A stretch of DNA of 64,000 bases from Candidatus Limnocylindrales bacterium (lineage in GTDB: Bacteria; Chloroflexota; Limnocylindria; Limnocylindrales; CSP1-4), in assembly GCA_051306295.1 (NCBI GenBank), contig JBPPMZ010000118.1, positions 2,076 to 66,075 of the forward strand, in the 5' to 3' direction. Shown here one piece after another: positions 20,347-29,642 of the stretch (within the stretch, counting starts at the first letter, position 1; each line of letters opens with the position of its first letter). The position numbers were made by a program, and so were the translations under genes. Under the pieces are notes generated by a model. The model was given only the letters and a program-made list of their open reading frames with translations, was not told where the DNA came from and ran no database searches.

Positions 20347-22470
20347 ATGACCGCCGTCAAGCCCGACCTCGACCGCCTTGCCATCGACACCATCCGCACG
20401 CTCGCCATCGACGGCGTGCAGCAGGCGAACTCGGGGCATCCGGGCGCCCCGATGGGCGCCGCGGCCATGGCCTACACGCTCTGGACCCGCTTCCTGCGCC
20501 ACGCGCCCACCGACCCGTCGTGGCCCGATCGCGACCGGTTCGTGCTGTCGGCCGGGCACGCGTCGATGCTGCTCTACTCCCTGCTGCACCTGACCGGCTA
20601 TGACGTCACGCTCGACGACCTCAAGTCGTTCCGCCAGTGGGGCTCTCGAACGCCTGGGCATCCCGAGTACGGCCTGACGGCCGGCGTGGAGGCCACCACG
20701 GGGCCGCTCGGCCAGGGCATCACCAACGCGATCGGGATGGCCATCGCCGAGCGCCGGCTCGCCGCGGAATTCAACCGCGACGGGCACGCCGTGGTCGATC
20801 ACTGGACGTACGTCATCGCCAGCGACGGCGACCTCCAGGAGGGCATCGCATCGGAGGCGGCGTCGCTGGCCGGCCACCTGCGCCTGGGCAAGCTCATCGT
20901 CCTCTACGACGACAACGGCATCCAGCTCGACGGCCCGACCGCGATGGCCTGGTCGGAGGATGTCCCGGCCCGCTTCGATGCCTACGGGTGGCACACCCAG
21001 CGCGTCGCCGACGGGAACGATGTGGCTACCATCGAGGCCGCCATCGAAGCGGCGCGCGCCGACGATCGACCGTCGCTCATCGCCGTGCGCACGCACATCG
21101 GCTTCGGCAGCCCGAACAAGCAGGACTCGCAGAAGGCGCACGGGGCGCCGCTGGGCCCGGACGAGGTCCGGCGGACCAAGGAAGCCTACGGCTGGGACCC
21201 GGACAAGACGTTCTTCATCCCGGACGATGCCCTGGCCGTCTTCCGCGCAGTGGTCGGCGCGGGCGAGGACCTCGTGGCGGATTGGGAGGCGCGCTTCGCG
21301 GCGTATGCCGCCGCGCACCCGGCGCTCGCGGACGAGTTCTCGCGCCGGATCTCCGGGGCGCTGGCCGACGGTTGGGACACCGACCTCAAGGTCTACGCCG
21401 TCGGCGAGGAGGTCGCGACCCGGAACGCGTCGCAGGACGCCATCGCGGCACTGGCCGGCCGCGTGCCGGAACTATTCGGCGGTGCGGCCGATCTCTCCGA
21501 ATCCAACCTGACCGACGTCAAGGGCGAGGCCAACTTCTCCGCCACGGAGGCGGGTCGGAACCTGCGCTTCGGGGTGCGCGAGCACGCCATGGGCAGCATC
21601 GCCAATGGCATCGCGTATCACGGCGGGTTCATCCCGTACGACGCCACGTTCCTGACCTTCAGCGACTACATGCGCGGCGCGGTCCGGCTGTCCGCGCTGG
21701 CGGGCCTGCACGTCATCCACGTCTGGACCCACGACTCCGTGGGTCTTGGCGAGGACGGGCCGACCCATCAGCCGGTCGAGCACTACGCAGCCTTGCGCGC
21801 GATCCCGAACCTGTGGTTCGTCCGACCGGGGGACGCGAATGAGGCGTCCGCGGCCTGGGCCATGGCCGTGGAGCGCAACGACGGACCGGTGGCCCTGGCG
21901 CTCACCCGCCAGAAGCTCCCCACGCTGGCCGGCACGGACCGGCTGGCGCGCGAGGGCGTGGCCCGTGGTGGGTACGTGCTGCGCGAGGCGTCGGGCTCGG
22001 CCGGGCCGTCGCTGATCCTCATCGCGACCGGGTCGGAACTGCAGCTGGCGTTCGCGGCAGCCGAGTCGCTGGAGGCGGATGGCATCCCGACACGGGTCGT
22101 GTCCCTCCCCTGCTGGGAGGCGTTCGACGCCCAGGGCGCGGCGTATCGCGAGTCCGTGCTGCCCGTGGGCGTGCGCCACCGGGTCGGCATCGAGATCGGC
22201 GTCACGCTCGGCTGGGAGCGCTGGGTCGGCGACGAGGGCGCGATCATCGGCCTGGACCACTTCGGAGCGTCGGCGCCGGCGGGCACCATCTTCGAGAAGT
22301 TCGGGTTCACCGCCGATCGGGTCGCGGACGTGGGTCGTCTGGTGGTGCGGGACGGGCTTCGCGGCCGCATCCCGACGATCGATGGTGGCCACTTCGGCGG
22401 CCATCCCACGCTCGACGAGGGCGAGGCGGGCGTCGGTCGGACGGCCGCATCGGACCCCGGCCACAGCTGA
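20347..22470 (+). CDS. tkt: transketolase
   Basis: [25 protein letters not shown] and a TPP motif (GDGDLQEGI). ATG at 20347. Confidence 0.96.
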   Translation: MTAVKPDLDRLAIDTIRTLAIDGVQQANSGHPGAPMGAAAMAYTLWTRFLRHAPTDPSWPDRDRFVLSAGHASMLLYSLLHLTGYDVTLDDLKSFRQWGSRTPGHPEYGLTAGVEATTGPLGQGITNAIGMAIAERRLAAEFNRDGHAVVDHWTYVIASDGDLQEGIASEAASLAGHLRLGKLIVLYDDNGIQLDGPTAMAWSEDVPARFDAYGWHTQRVADGNDVATIEAAIEAARADDRPSLIAVRTHIGFGSPNKQDSQKAHGAPLGPDEVRRTKEAYGWDPDKTFFIPDDALAVFRAVVGAGEDLVADWEARFAAYAAAHPALADEFSRRISGALADGWDTDLKVYAVGEEVATRNASQDAIAALAGRVPELFGGAADLSESNLTDVKGEANFSATEAGRNLRFGVREHAMGSIANGIAYHGGFIPYDATFLTFSDYMRGAVRLSALAGLHVIHVWTHDSVGLGEDGPTHQPVEHYAALRAIPNLWFVRPGDANEASAAWAMAVERNDGPVALALTRQKLPTLAGTDRLAREGVARGGYVLREASGSAGPSLILIATGSELQLAFAAAESLEADGIPTRVVSLPCWEAFDAQGAAYRESVLPVGVRHRVGIEIGVTLGWERWVGDEGAIIGLDHFGASAPAGTIFEKFGFTADRVADVGRLVVRDGLRGRIPTIDGGHFGGHPTLDEGEAGVGRTAASDPGHS

Positions 22471-22497
22471 TCGGCCCTTTGCACCGCTCAGTGTGCA

Positions 22498-22660
22498 GGT
22501 GGTGACCATGTGGAGGAACGGGTGGCGCTGTAGCCGCCGTCCTTCTCCGCCTGGGTCGCCGCACGCACCATCTGGCGACTGACGGCCTGGATCGAGGCCC
22601 GCGACGCCGGCCGGCGGGTGCTCGACCGCCGATATGGTCGTCCAGTGCACCGCAAGGGAT
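22498..22660. repeat. left copy of an approximately 160-bp imperfect direct repeat flanking the vapBC cassette
   Basis: Colinear with 23442-23600 (ggtggtgaccatgtggaggaacg... versus ggtggtgaccatatggaagaacg...). About 75% identity by eye, with no gaps needed over most of its length. Confidence 0.7.
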
Positions 22661-22751
22661 GGATCGGGCCTTCCGACCGTGCGACAGGCCGACCCGTAGC
22701 CAGCTGGGTGCATGTGCTTGTATCTGGGCCGGCGATGCATATCATCGACAA

Positions 22752-22973
22752 ATGCGAAAGCACACCACGATCGACTTGGACATGCGCCTTCTCGGCGAGG
22801 CGGCGTTCGCGTTGGAAACCAAGCAGATCAACGAGACGATCCATGCCGCGCTGCGCGAAGTGGTCGACGCGCGCCGACGCCTGGAGCTGCTCGACTTCGC
22901 CCCGGACCTGACCCTCGAATCGCTGGCGGCGGATCGACGCGGGCGTTTCGACGCGCCAACCGACGGTCGCTGA
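22752..22973 (+). CDS. vapB: type II antitoxin, VapB family
   Basis: MRKHTTIDLDMRLLGEAAFALETKQINETIHAALREV. The stop overlaps the toxin ATG (TGATG). Confidence 0.85.
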   Translation: MRKHTTIDLDMRLLGEAAFALETKQINETIHAALREVVDARRRLELLDFAPDLTLESLAADRRGRFDAPTDGR

Positions 22974-23383
22974 TGGAGCTCGTCGATACGAGCGCATTGA
23001 TCCTGGCCACCCGAGATACGGTGGTCGGTGGGTGGCTGCGCGACGCCGTCCTGGCGAACCAGGTGGTGATCTGCGACCAGGTCGCGCTCGAGTACCTGCG
23101 TGGCGCGCGAAGCCGGGTGGAGTTCGATCGATTTGACGCCGTTCTCCGCGCGTTCCCGCAGGTTCCGATCGAACCGGTCGACTGGGAGCGGGCCCGCGCG
23201 GTGTTTCGGGATCTCGCCGCCATCTCGAGCGGCTACCAGCGCAGCGTCCCCATCGCGGACGCTCTGATCGCGGCGACGGCGGAGCGCCACGACCTGACCG
23301 TTGCGCACTTCGATGGCGACTTCGACCGCATCGTCGCGGTCACCGGGCAGGTAACACGCTGGGTGGCGCCGCGGCCAAGCTGA
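22973..23383 (+). CDS. vapC: PIN-domain toxin
   Basis: MELVDTSALILA...PIADALIAATAERHDLTVAHFDGDFDRI. Confidence 0.9.
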   Translation: MELVDTSALILATRDTVVGGWLRDAVLANQVVICDQVALEYLRGARSRVEFDRFDAVLRAFPQVPIEPVDWERARAVFRDLAAISSGYQRSVPIADALIAATAERHDLTVAHFDGDFDRIVAVTGQVTRWVAPRPS

Positions 23384-23441
23384 TCGCGCACCGTCCCGTT
23401 CGGCCAGGTCGCGCCCGGCCGACCCCGCCCTTCGCGGTGCG

Positions 23442-23600
23442 GGTGGTGACCATATGGAAGAACGAGCCGCCGTGTGGCTGCCGTCGTTCCCCGCTTGGGT
23501 CGCGACACGCACCGTCCGGCGGATGACGGCCCGAATCAGGGCCAGTGACGCCGTCCGGGGCGTCGTCGATCGCCAACATGCTCACCCGGTGCACCGGCTG
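23442..23600. repeat. right copy of the vapBC-flanking direct repeat
   Basis: See the left copy. It ends about 25 nt before the stop of the convergent dehydrogenase gene. Confidence 0.7.
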
Positions 23601-23625
23601 CTCGTACCCCCCGGGGCGCGCCTGG

Positions 23626-26106
23626 TCAGCTCCGCAGTCGCTCCCCGCGCGGGTCGTAGAACGGATCGGGGCTGACTCGGCACGGGACCGGATCGCCGCG
23701 GACTTCCACCTGCCACGAGCCTTCGATCGGGCCGTGGATCCAGGCGAGGCCTGCCGAACCGCCGAGGGTCGGCGCCAGCGACGCGCTCGTCACGTGGCCG
23801 GCCCGCTCCCCGTCGCGGATCAACGACTCGCCGTGCCACAGGACGGCGTCCGGCGCATGGACGGAGACAAGCCGCCGCTCGGGCTCGATCGCACGCAGCC
23901 GCTCGAGCGCCTCGCGCCCGACGAAGTCGATCGCCTTGCGGCGCGACACCGCGAAGCCCAGGCCGGCCGAGAACGGATCGTCGAGTGGTCCGATGTCGTG
24001 CCCGAAGGATCGGAAGCCGCGCTCCAGCCGCGCTGCCTCGAACGCGAACGCCCCGGCGTGGCGCAGCCCCAGGTCCGCGCCCGCCCGCACGACGCGCTCG
24101 TACTGGTCAGCGACGAACTCGGTCGGCACGGAAAGCTCCCAGCCGAGCTCGCCCGTGAACGACACCCGGAACGCCCAGCCGCGACCGCGCCCCAGGTCGA
24201 CCTCGCGTGCCTGGAGGAACGGCCAGGCTTCGGCGGAGACGTCGGCGTCGGTCAGGCGCGACAGCAGCTCCCGCGATCGGGGCCCCGCGATGTGCAGGGT
24301 AGCCCAGCCCGAGGTCACGTCCGTCACCACGGCGTCGGCCGGCAGTCCGCTCCGGAGCTGCGCCTCCGTCCGGCGCTGGGTCAGCGTCGGCGCGAGCACG
24401 AGGAACCGGTCCTCGGCCAGCCGCGTGACCGTCGGGTCCATCTCGATCCCGCCGCGCTCGTTGCACAGGAGCGTGTACACGATGCGCCCGATCGACACGT
24501 CCAGGTCCGATGTCGCCAGCCGCTGCAGGCCGGCCAGCGCGCCCGGCCCGGCGACCTGGAACTTGGCGTAGGTCGAGAGGTCGAACAACGCCACGGCCTC
24601 GCGCGTCGCCCGCACTTCCTCGCGCACCGCCGGGAACCAGGACGGCGCCCCGAAGTCGTAGCGGACCTGCGGCTCCACGACCCCGGGCTCGAACCAGTTC
24701 GCCCGCTCCCAGCCGGCCGCCTGCCCGAACGCGGCGCCCGCCGCGCGCAGCGGCTCGTACAGCGGCACCCGCCGGATCCCCCGTGCGGTCCGGGGCTGCT
24801 TACCCGGCCAGTGCAGCTCGTACAGCCCGCCCAGCGACTCGACCGTGCGCTCGCGCAGGAACGCGCGCTGGTCCATCCAGCGATCCATCCGCGCGACATC
24901 GACCTCGGCGAGGTCCATCGTCGGGTGGCCGGCGACGATCCACTCGGCGGCCGCCCGTCCGACCCCCGGCCCGAAGATGATCCCCTGCGAGTTCAGCCCC
25001 GCGGCCACGAACAGCCCGGGCACCTCCGGCACGAACCCAAGCTGGAAGTTCGAGTCGGGCGTGAAGCTCTCGGGCGCCCGCAGGTAGTGGGAGAAGCCGA
25101 TGGACGCCAGCTCCGGGACGCGCTGTCTCGCGGCCGCGAGGACGGGGGCGAAGTGGTCCCAGTCCGGCCCGAACTCGACGAACCCACCGGTCGGGACGGC
25201 GGATGGCGCGATCGGCTTGCCGTTCGGCTCGAAGGCGCCGATGACGAATCGCCCGCCGTGGTGTCGGATGTACAGGTAGCCATCCAGGTCGCGCAGGAAC
25301 GGCATGGACTCGTCTGCGCCGGCCGTGTCTTCAGTCATGACCCAGACGTGCTCGGCCGGGTAGAGCGCGACGCTCGTGCCGGCGAGGCGGGCCATCTCGC
25401 TCGTCCAGAGCCCGGCGGCCAACACGACGGTCTCCACCTCGATCGGTCCGCGGGACGTCTCGAGCCCGACGACGCGCCCCCCGCCGGCGGCGCCACCAGC
25501 AGCGAACCGGAAACCCGTGACCTCCGTATCCGGCACGTAGCGCGCGCCGGCATCCACCGCGCCGCGGGCGAACGCGAGGGCCGCATCGCCCGGGTTGACC
25601 GTCGCGTCGGTCGGCATGAACACGCCGCCGACCAGGTCATCGACCACGGCGGCCGGCCACAGCTCCCGGATCCGCGCCCGATCGACGATCTCCACGGGCA
25701 CGTCGACGTCGCGCGCGATCGACACCGCGTAGCTGATCTCCTGCATCCGGGCCGGGGTGCGGGCGACGGTCAGCGACCCCACCTCGCGCAGGCCGGTCTC
25801 GATGCCGGTCTCGGCTGTCAGGCGGCGATACGTGGCGACGTTGTCGCGGGTCAGGGCTGTCAGCGCGTGCGTGCCACGGACACGTGACACCAGCCCCGCC
25901 GCGTGCCACGTCGTGCCATTGGTCAGTCGGCCGCGCTCCAGCAGGACGACGTCGCGCTCGCCCGCGCGCGTGAGGTGGTACGCGATCGACGCCCCGATGA
26001 TCCCGCCGCCGACGATCACGACCCGCGCCCGCTCGGGCATCGCCGAGGCCGGCAGGACGCTCGCGATGTCGAGCTCGCGGTTGGCGAGATGCTCCGGGAT
26101 GCCCAT
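23626..26106 (-). CDS. FAD-dependent dimethylglycine/sarcosine dehydrogenase-family protein with a C-terminal aminomethyltransferase (GcvT) domain
   Basis: N-terminal Rossmann motif (VVIVGGGIIGASIAYHL) and C-terminal GcvT-like folate-binding domains. Start is ATG 26106, or alternatively 26130. Confidence 0.88.
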   Translation of the reverse strand: MGIPEHLANRELDIASVLPASAMPERARVVIVGGGIIGASIAYHLTRAGERDVVLLERGRLTNGTTWHAAGLVSRVRGTHALTALTRDNVATYRRLTAETGIETGLREVGSLTVARTPARMQEISYAVSIARDVDVPVEIVDRARIRELWPAAVVDDLVGGVFMPTDATVNPGDAALAFARGAVDAGARYVPDTEVTGFRFAAGGAAGGGRVVGLETSRGPIEVETVVLAAGLWTSEMARLAGTSVALYPAEHVWVMTEDTAGADESMPFLRDLDGYLYIRHHGGRFVIGAFEPNGKPIAPSAVPTGGFVEFGPDWDHFAPVLAAARQRVPELASIGFSHYLRAPESFTPDSNFQLGFVPEVPGLFVAAGLNSQGIIFGPGVGRAAAEWIVAGHPTMDLAEVDVARMDRWMDQRAFLRERTVESLGGLYELHWPGKQPRTARGIRRVPLYEPLRAAGAAFGQAAGWERANWFEPGVVEPQVRYDFGAPSWFPAVREEVRATREAVALFDLSTYAKFQVAGPGALAGLQRLATSDLDVSIGRIVYTLLCNERGGIEMDPTVTRLAEDRFLVLAPTLTQRRTEAQLRSGLPADAVVTDVTSGWATLHIAGPRSRELLSRLTDADVSAEAWPFLQAREVDLGRGRGWAFRVSFTGELGWELSVPTEFVADQYERVVRAGADLGLRHAGAFAFEAARLERGFRSFGHDIGPLDDPFSAGLGFAVSRRKAIDFVGREALERLRAIEPERRLVSVHAPDAVLWHGESLIRDGERAGHVTSASLAPTLGGSAGLAWIHGPIEGSWQVEVRGDPVPCRVSPDPFYDPRGERLRS

Positions 26107-26180
26107 CGCCGCAGAGCGTAGCGAGGCCAACCGCCCGTGGCGTCGCCGTTGCGACGTGTGACGAGCGTATCCTTCGCGAC

Positions 26181-26648
26181 ATGCGCATCGCGTTTGCTGC
26201 CGATCATGCCGGGGCCGCGTTCAAGGACGAGTTGAAGGCCCGCCTGGAGCGAGCGGGCCTGGGCCACACCTATGCCGACCTGGGCGGCGACGGCTCGGAT
26301 CCCAACGACGATTACCCGGACTTCGCGGAGCGCCTGGGACGCGCCATCCAGGCCGGTGAGGCCGATCGCGGCATCCTCATCTGCGGCTCGGGCGTCGGCG
26401 CCAGCGTCGCGATCAACAAGATGCGCGGCCTGCGCTCGGCGGTGTGCCACGACACGTACTCCGCGCACCAGGGCGTCGAGCATGACGACATGAACGTCCT
26501 GACCCTGGGGGCGCGGGTGATCGGGCCGGAGCCCGCGTTCGAGTGCGCCGTCGCGTTCCTGGGGGCCTCGTTCAGTGGCGAGGAGCGCCATCGCCGCCGA
26601 CTCGGCAAGGTCCTGGCCATCGAGGCGGCCGCGACCGACGGCGATTGA
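26181..26648 (+). CDS. rpiB: ribose-5-phosphate isomerase B
   Basis: MRIAFAADHAGAAFKDELK...ILICGSGVGASVAINK. Confidence 0.93.
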   Translation: MRIAFAADHAGAAFKDELKARLERAGLGHTYADLGGDGSDPNDDYPDFAERLGRAIQAGEADRGILICGSGVGASVAINKMRGLRSAVCHDTYSAHQGVEHDDMNVLTLGARVIGPEPAFECAVAFLGASFSGEERHRRRLGKVLAIEAAATDGD

Positions 26649-26728
26649 CCCGGCGACGTCGGGGAGTCGGCATACAGCAGCAACGCCTCTACTACCCGGG
26701 ACCGCGTCGGCCCCCGGGGCCGAACCAG

Positions 26729-26825
26729 GGCGATACCAGCCGCCATGGCTCTGTTTGCCGACGATTCGCCACCCGGTGACCTGAGCAGAGGCGATACCAG
26801 TAGCCGCAGCTCTACATGCCGATTC
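26729..26825 (+). repeat. two imperfect approximately 37-nt tandem units (26729-26767 and 26790-26825) in the rpiB-pgi spacer
   Basis: ggcgataccagccgccatggctctgtttgccgacgattc versus ggcgataccagtagccgcagctctacatgccgattc. Confidence 0.6.
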
Positions 26826-26934
26826 CTGGCGGGAGCCGTCGCCGGGGTACGCCTCAGGAAGCGGCTGGCGGCGTACCATGGGCGCCCGCGCCCCGAGCGC
26901 ATCGCCCGGCCTGCAACCCGACCCGGAGACCTCG

Positions 26935-28725
26935 ATGACCGAGCCCACCTCGACGGCCCTCGCCGTCCCCGACCTGGCGCTCGGCGCCGCGACCGAGGCC
27001 TACGACGCGGCCGTGAGCCGGGCCAGGGACGGGTCCTGGGCCAACCGCCTGTTCGACCGCGACGTGACCCTCTGGTCGAGCGATTCCGACGTCGGGGAGG
27101 CCATCGCGAATCGGCTCGGCTGGCTGGACGCGCCGGCTCATTTCGCGGAGCAGATCCCGGCCCTCGAGGGCTTCGGTGACGGCATCGTCGAGGCCGGCTT
27201 CACCCACGCCGTGGTCGCCGGTATGGGCGGCAGCAGCCTCGCACCGGATGTCCTGCACCGCACCTTCGGGACCCAGCCTGGCTTCCTGCAGCTACGCATC
27301 CTCGACTCGACCGAACCCACCTACGTGGCGTCCATCTTCGACGACCTCGACCCGCTCACCACGCTCGTCCTCGTCGCCAGCAAGTCCGGCACCACGACGG
27401 AACCCAACGCGTTCCTCGCGGAGGCCTGGCACCGGGCGGAGGTGGCCCTCGGCAAGGCGGGCGGCCACGCCTGGGAGACGCCTGGCGCGGTCATCGCCGC
27501 GATCACGGACCCAGGGCCTAGCCTGCAGGCCATCGCGCACCACGACGACCTGCGCGAGGTGTTCCTCAACCCGCCGGACATCGGCGGTCGCTACAGCGCC
27601 CTGACCTACGTGGGACTCGTGCCGGCGTCGCTCATCGGCCTGGACCTGGACGCGTTCCTGGCTTCCGCGGCCGCCATGCTGGGCGCCTGCCGCGAGCCCG
27701 ATCCCGCGTCCAACCCGGGGGTCTCCCTGGGTCTCGCGATCGGGACGCTGGCGGCCAACGGTCGCGACAAGCTCACCTTCCTGGCCGACGACGAGATCTC
27801 GTCCTTCGGTGCCTGGGCGGAGCAGCTCATCGCCGAGAGCACGGGCAAGCACGGCGTGGGCATCGTGCCCGTGGACCTGGAGCCGCTCGTGGACAGCGGG
27901 GCCTACGGGACGGATCGCGCCTTCGTCCGGCTCGTGCTCGCCGGCGCCGCGGACACGGCCGGGCGCGACACGCTCGCCGCCGCCCTGGAGGCCGCCGGCC
28001 ATCCGATCATCCGCATCGAGATCAACGATCCCATCGACCTTGGTGCCGAATTCATCCGTTGGGAGGTCGCGACGGCCATCTCCGGTGCGGTCCTGGCCAT
28101 CGACCCGTTCGATCAACCCAACGTCGAGGAAGCCAAGCAGCTGACGCGTGACGTGCTGGCAGCGGCCGAGCGCGGCGAGGATCCGGCGCCGCTGCCACCG
28201 TCGATCGCCAGCGCGGATGGCATCACGCTCCACGGCGACGCGGCGCTGCGCAGCGGCACGGCCGCCGGCGACGCGGCCGAAGACCTCACGGCGGCACTCG
28301 CCCGCCACCTCGCCCGGCGCGGCCCGACGGCCTATCTCGCCCTCCAGGCGTTCATCGCGTCGACCCCGTCCCGCGACGAGGCCCTGGCCCGCATCCGGCG
28401 GCTGCTACTGGAGCGGACCGGATGTGCCACGACCGCCGGCTACGGGCCGCGCTTCCTGCATTCGACCGGGCAGCTGCACAAGGGCGGGGCGCCGATCGGC
28501 TGGTTCCTCCAGCTGACCAACGGCCACGGCGACGACCGCCAGATCCCCGGCTGGCCGTACACCTTCGGCCGGCTCATCGACGCCCAGGCGGCCGGCGACT
28601 TCGCCGCCATCGAATCGCACGACCTGCCCATCGCGCGCGTCGATCTCGGCGACGACGCGGATGCCGGGCTGGCGGCCCTGGAGCGGGCGCTCGCCGCCGC
28701 GCTCGCCACGACCACGGAGGACTGA
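26935..28725 (+). CDS. pgi: glucose-6-phosphate isomerase
   Basis: SIS domains (VVAGMGGSSLAPDV; DIGGRYSALT). ATG at 26935. Confidence 0.88.
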   Translation: MTEPTSTALAVPDLALGAATEAYDAAVSRARDGSWANRLFDRDVTLWSSDSDVGEAIANRLGWLDAPAHFAEQIPALEGFGDGIVEAGFTHAVVAGMGGSSLAPDVLHRTFGTQPGFLQLRILDSTEPTYVASIFDDLDPLTTLVLVASKSGTTTEPNAFLAEAWHRAEVALGKAGGHAWETPGAVIAAITDPGPSLQAIAHHDDLREVFLNPPDIGGRYSALTYVGLVPASLIGLDLDAFLASAAAMLGACREPDPASNPGVSLGLAIGTLAANGRDKLTFLADDEISSFGAWAEQLIAESTGKHGVGIVPVDLEPLVDSGAYGTDRAFVRLVLAGAADTAGRDTLAAALEAAGHPIIRIEINDPIDLGAEFIRWEVATAISGAVLAIDPFDQPNVEEAKQLTRDVLAAAERGEDPAPLPPSIASADGITLHGDAALRSGTAAGDAAEDLTAALARHLARRGPTAYLALQAFIASTPSRDEALARIRRLLLERTGCATTAGYGPRFLHSTGQLHKGGAPIGWFLQLTNGHGDDRQIPGWPYTFGRLIDAQAAGDFAAIESHDLPIARVDLGDDADAGLAALERALAAALATTTED

Positions 28726-28730
28726 CACAG

Positions 28731-29636
28731 ATGCGCATCGGGTTCATCGGTCTTGGCCGGATGGGGGCCAACATGGTCCGCCGGCTCGTGCGCGACGGCC
28801 ACGAGATCGTCGTCTACAACCGGACGCCGGAAAAGTCGACCGAGATCGAAGCCGAGGGCGAGGGCGCCAAGGCGATGTTCTCCATCGCCGACCTCGTCGG
28901 TGCGCTGGAGAAGCCGCGGGCCGTGTGGGTCATGGTCCCGGCCGGTGACGCCACGGAGGCCCAGATCGACGAGCTGCTCGAGCACCTGGAGCCGGGTGAC
29001 ACGATCATCGACGGCGGCAACACGAACTTCCACGACGACGTCCGCCGGCACGCGGCGCTCAAGGACAAGGGCATCCACTACGTCGATGCCGGAACGTCCG
29101 GCGGCATCTGGGGCCTCCAGATCGGCTACTGCCTGATGGTCGGTGGCGACCCCGAGGCCGTCACGCCGCTCGAGCCGATCTTCAAGACCCTGGCGCCGGA
29201 GGGCGGCTACCTGCACGTCGGCGGGCCAGGCGCCGGCCATTACGTGAAGATGGTCCACAACGGCATCGAGTACGGCCTCATGCAGGCCTATGCCGAGGGC
29301 TTCGAGATCATGCACGCCAGCGACTACGACCTGGACCTCGCGGGCATCTCCGAACTGTGGATGCAGGGTTCCGTCGTGCGCTCGTGGCTGCTGGAGCTCG
29401 CCGGTCGTGCGTTCCGGGCCAACGGCCCGGACCTGGAGCACCTCAAGGGCTTCGTGGCCGACTCCGGCGAAGGTCGTTGGACCGTCCAGGAGGCCATCGA
29501 CCACGACGTCCCGGCGCCGGTCATCACGCTCTCGCTCCTGACCCGTTTCCGCTCCCGCCAGGACGATTCGTACGGGGCCAAGGTGCTCGCCGCCTTACGC
29601 AACGAATTCGGTGGGCACGCGGTCAAGACGGAGTAG
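28731..29636 (+). CDS. gnd: 6-phosphogluconate dehydrogenase, decarboxylating (short form)
   Basis: MRIGFIGLGRMGANMV...GHYVKMVHNGIEYG. GGAGGA lies upstream. Confidence 0.93.
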   Translation: MRIGFIGLGRMGANMVRRLVRDGHEIVVYNRTPEKSTEIEAEGEGAKAMFSIADLVGALEKPRAVWVMVPAGDATEAQIDELLEHLEPGDTIIDGGNTNFHDDVRRHAALKDKGIHYVDAGTSGGIWGLQIGYCLMVGGDPEAVTPLEPIFKTLAPEGGYLHVGGPGAGHYVKMVHNGIEYGLMQAYAEGFEIMHASDYDLDLAGISELWMQGSVVRSWLLELAGRAFRANGPDLEHLKGFVADSGEGRWTVQEAIDHDVPAPVITLSLLTRFRSRQDDSYGAKVLAALRNEFGGHAVKTE

Positions 29637-29642
29637 CGCCAG

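Noticed and set aside
26700-26830. TPP-riboswitch-like strings (ACCUGAG...GAUACCAG) upstream of pgi
   Set aside because: The CUGAGA box and the P4/P5 CUGG...CCAG helix are missing, and pgi is not a plausible thiamine-regulated gene.
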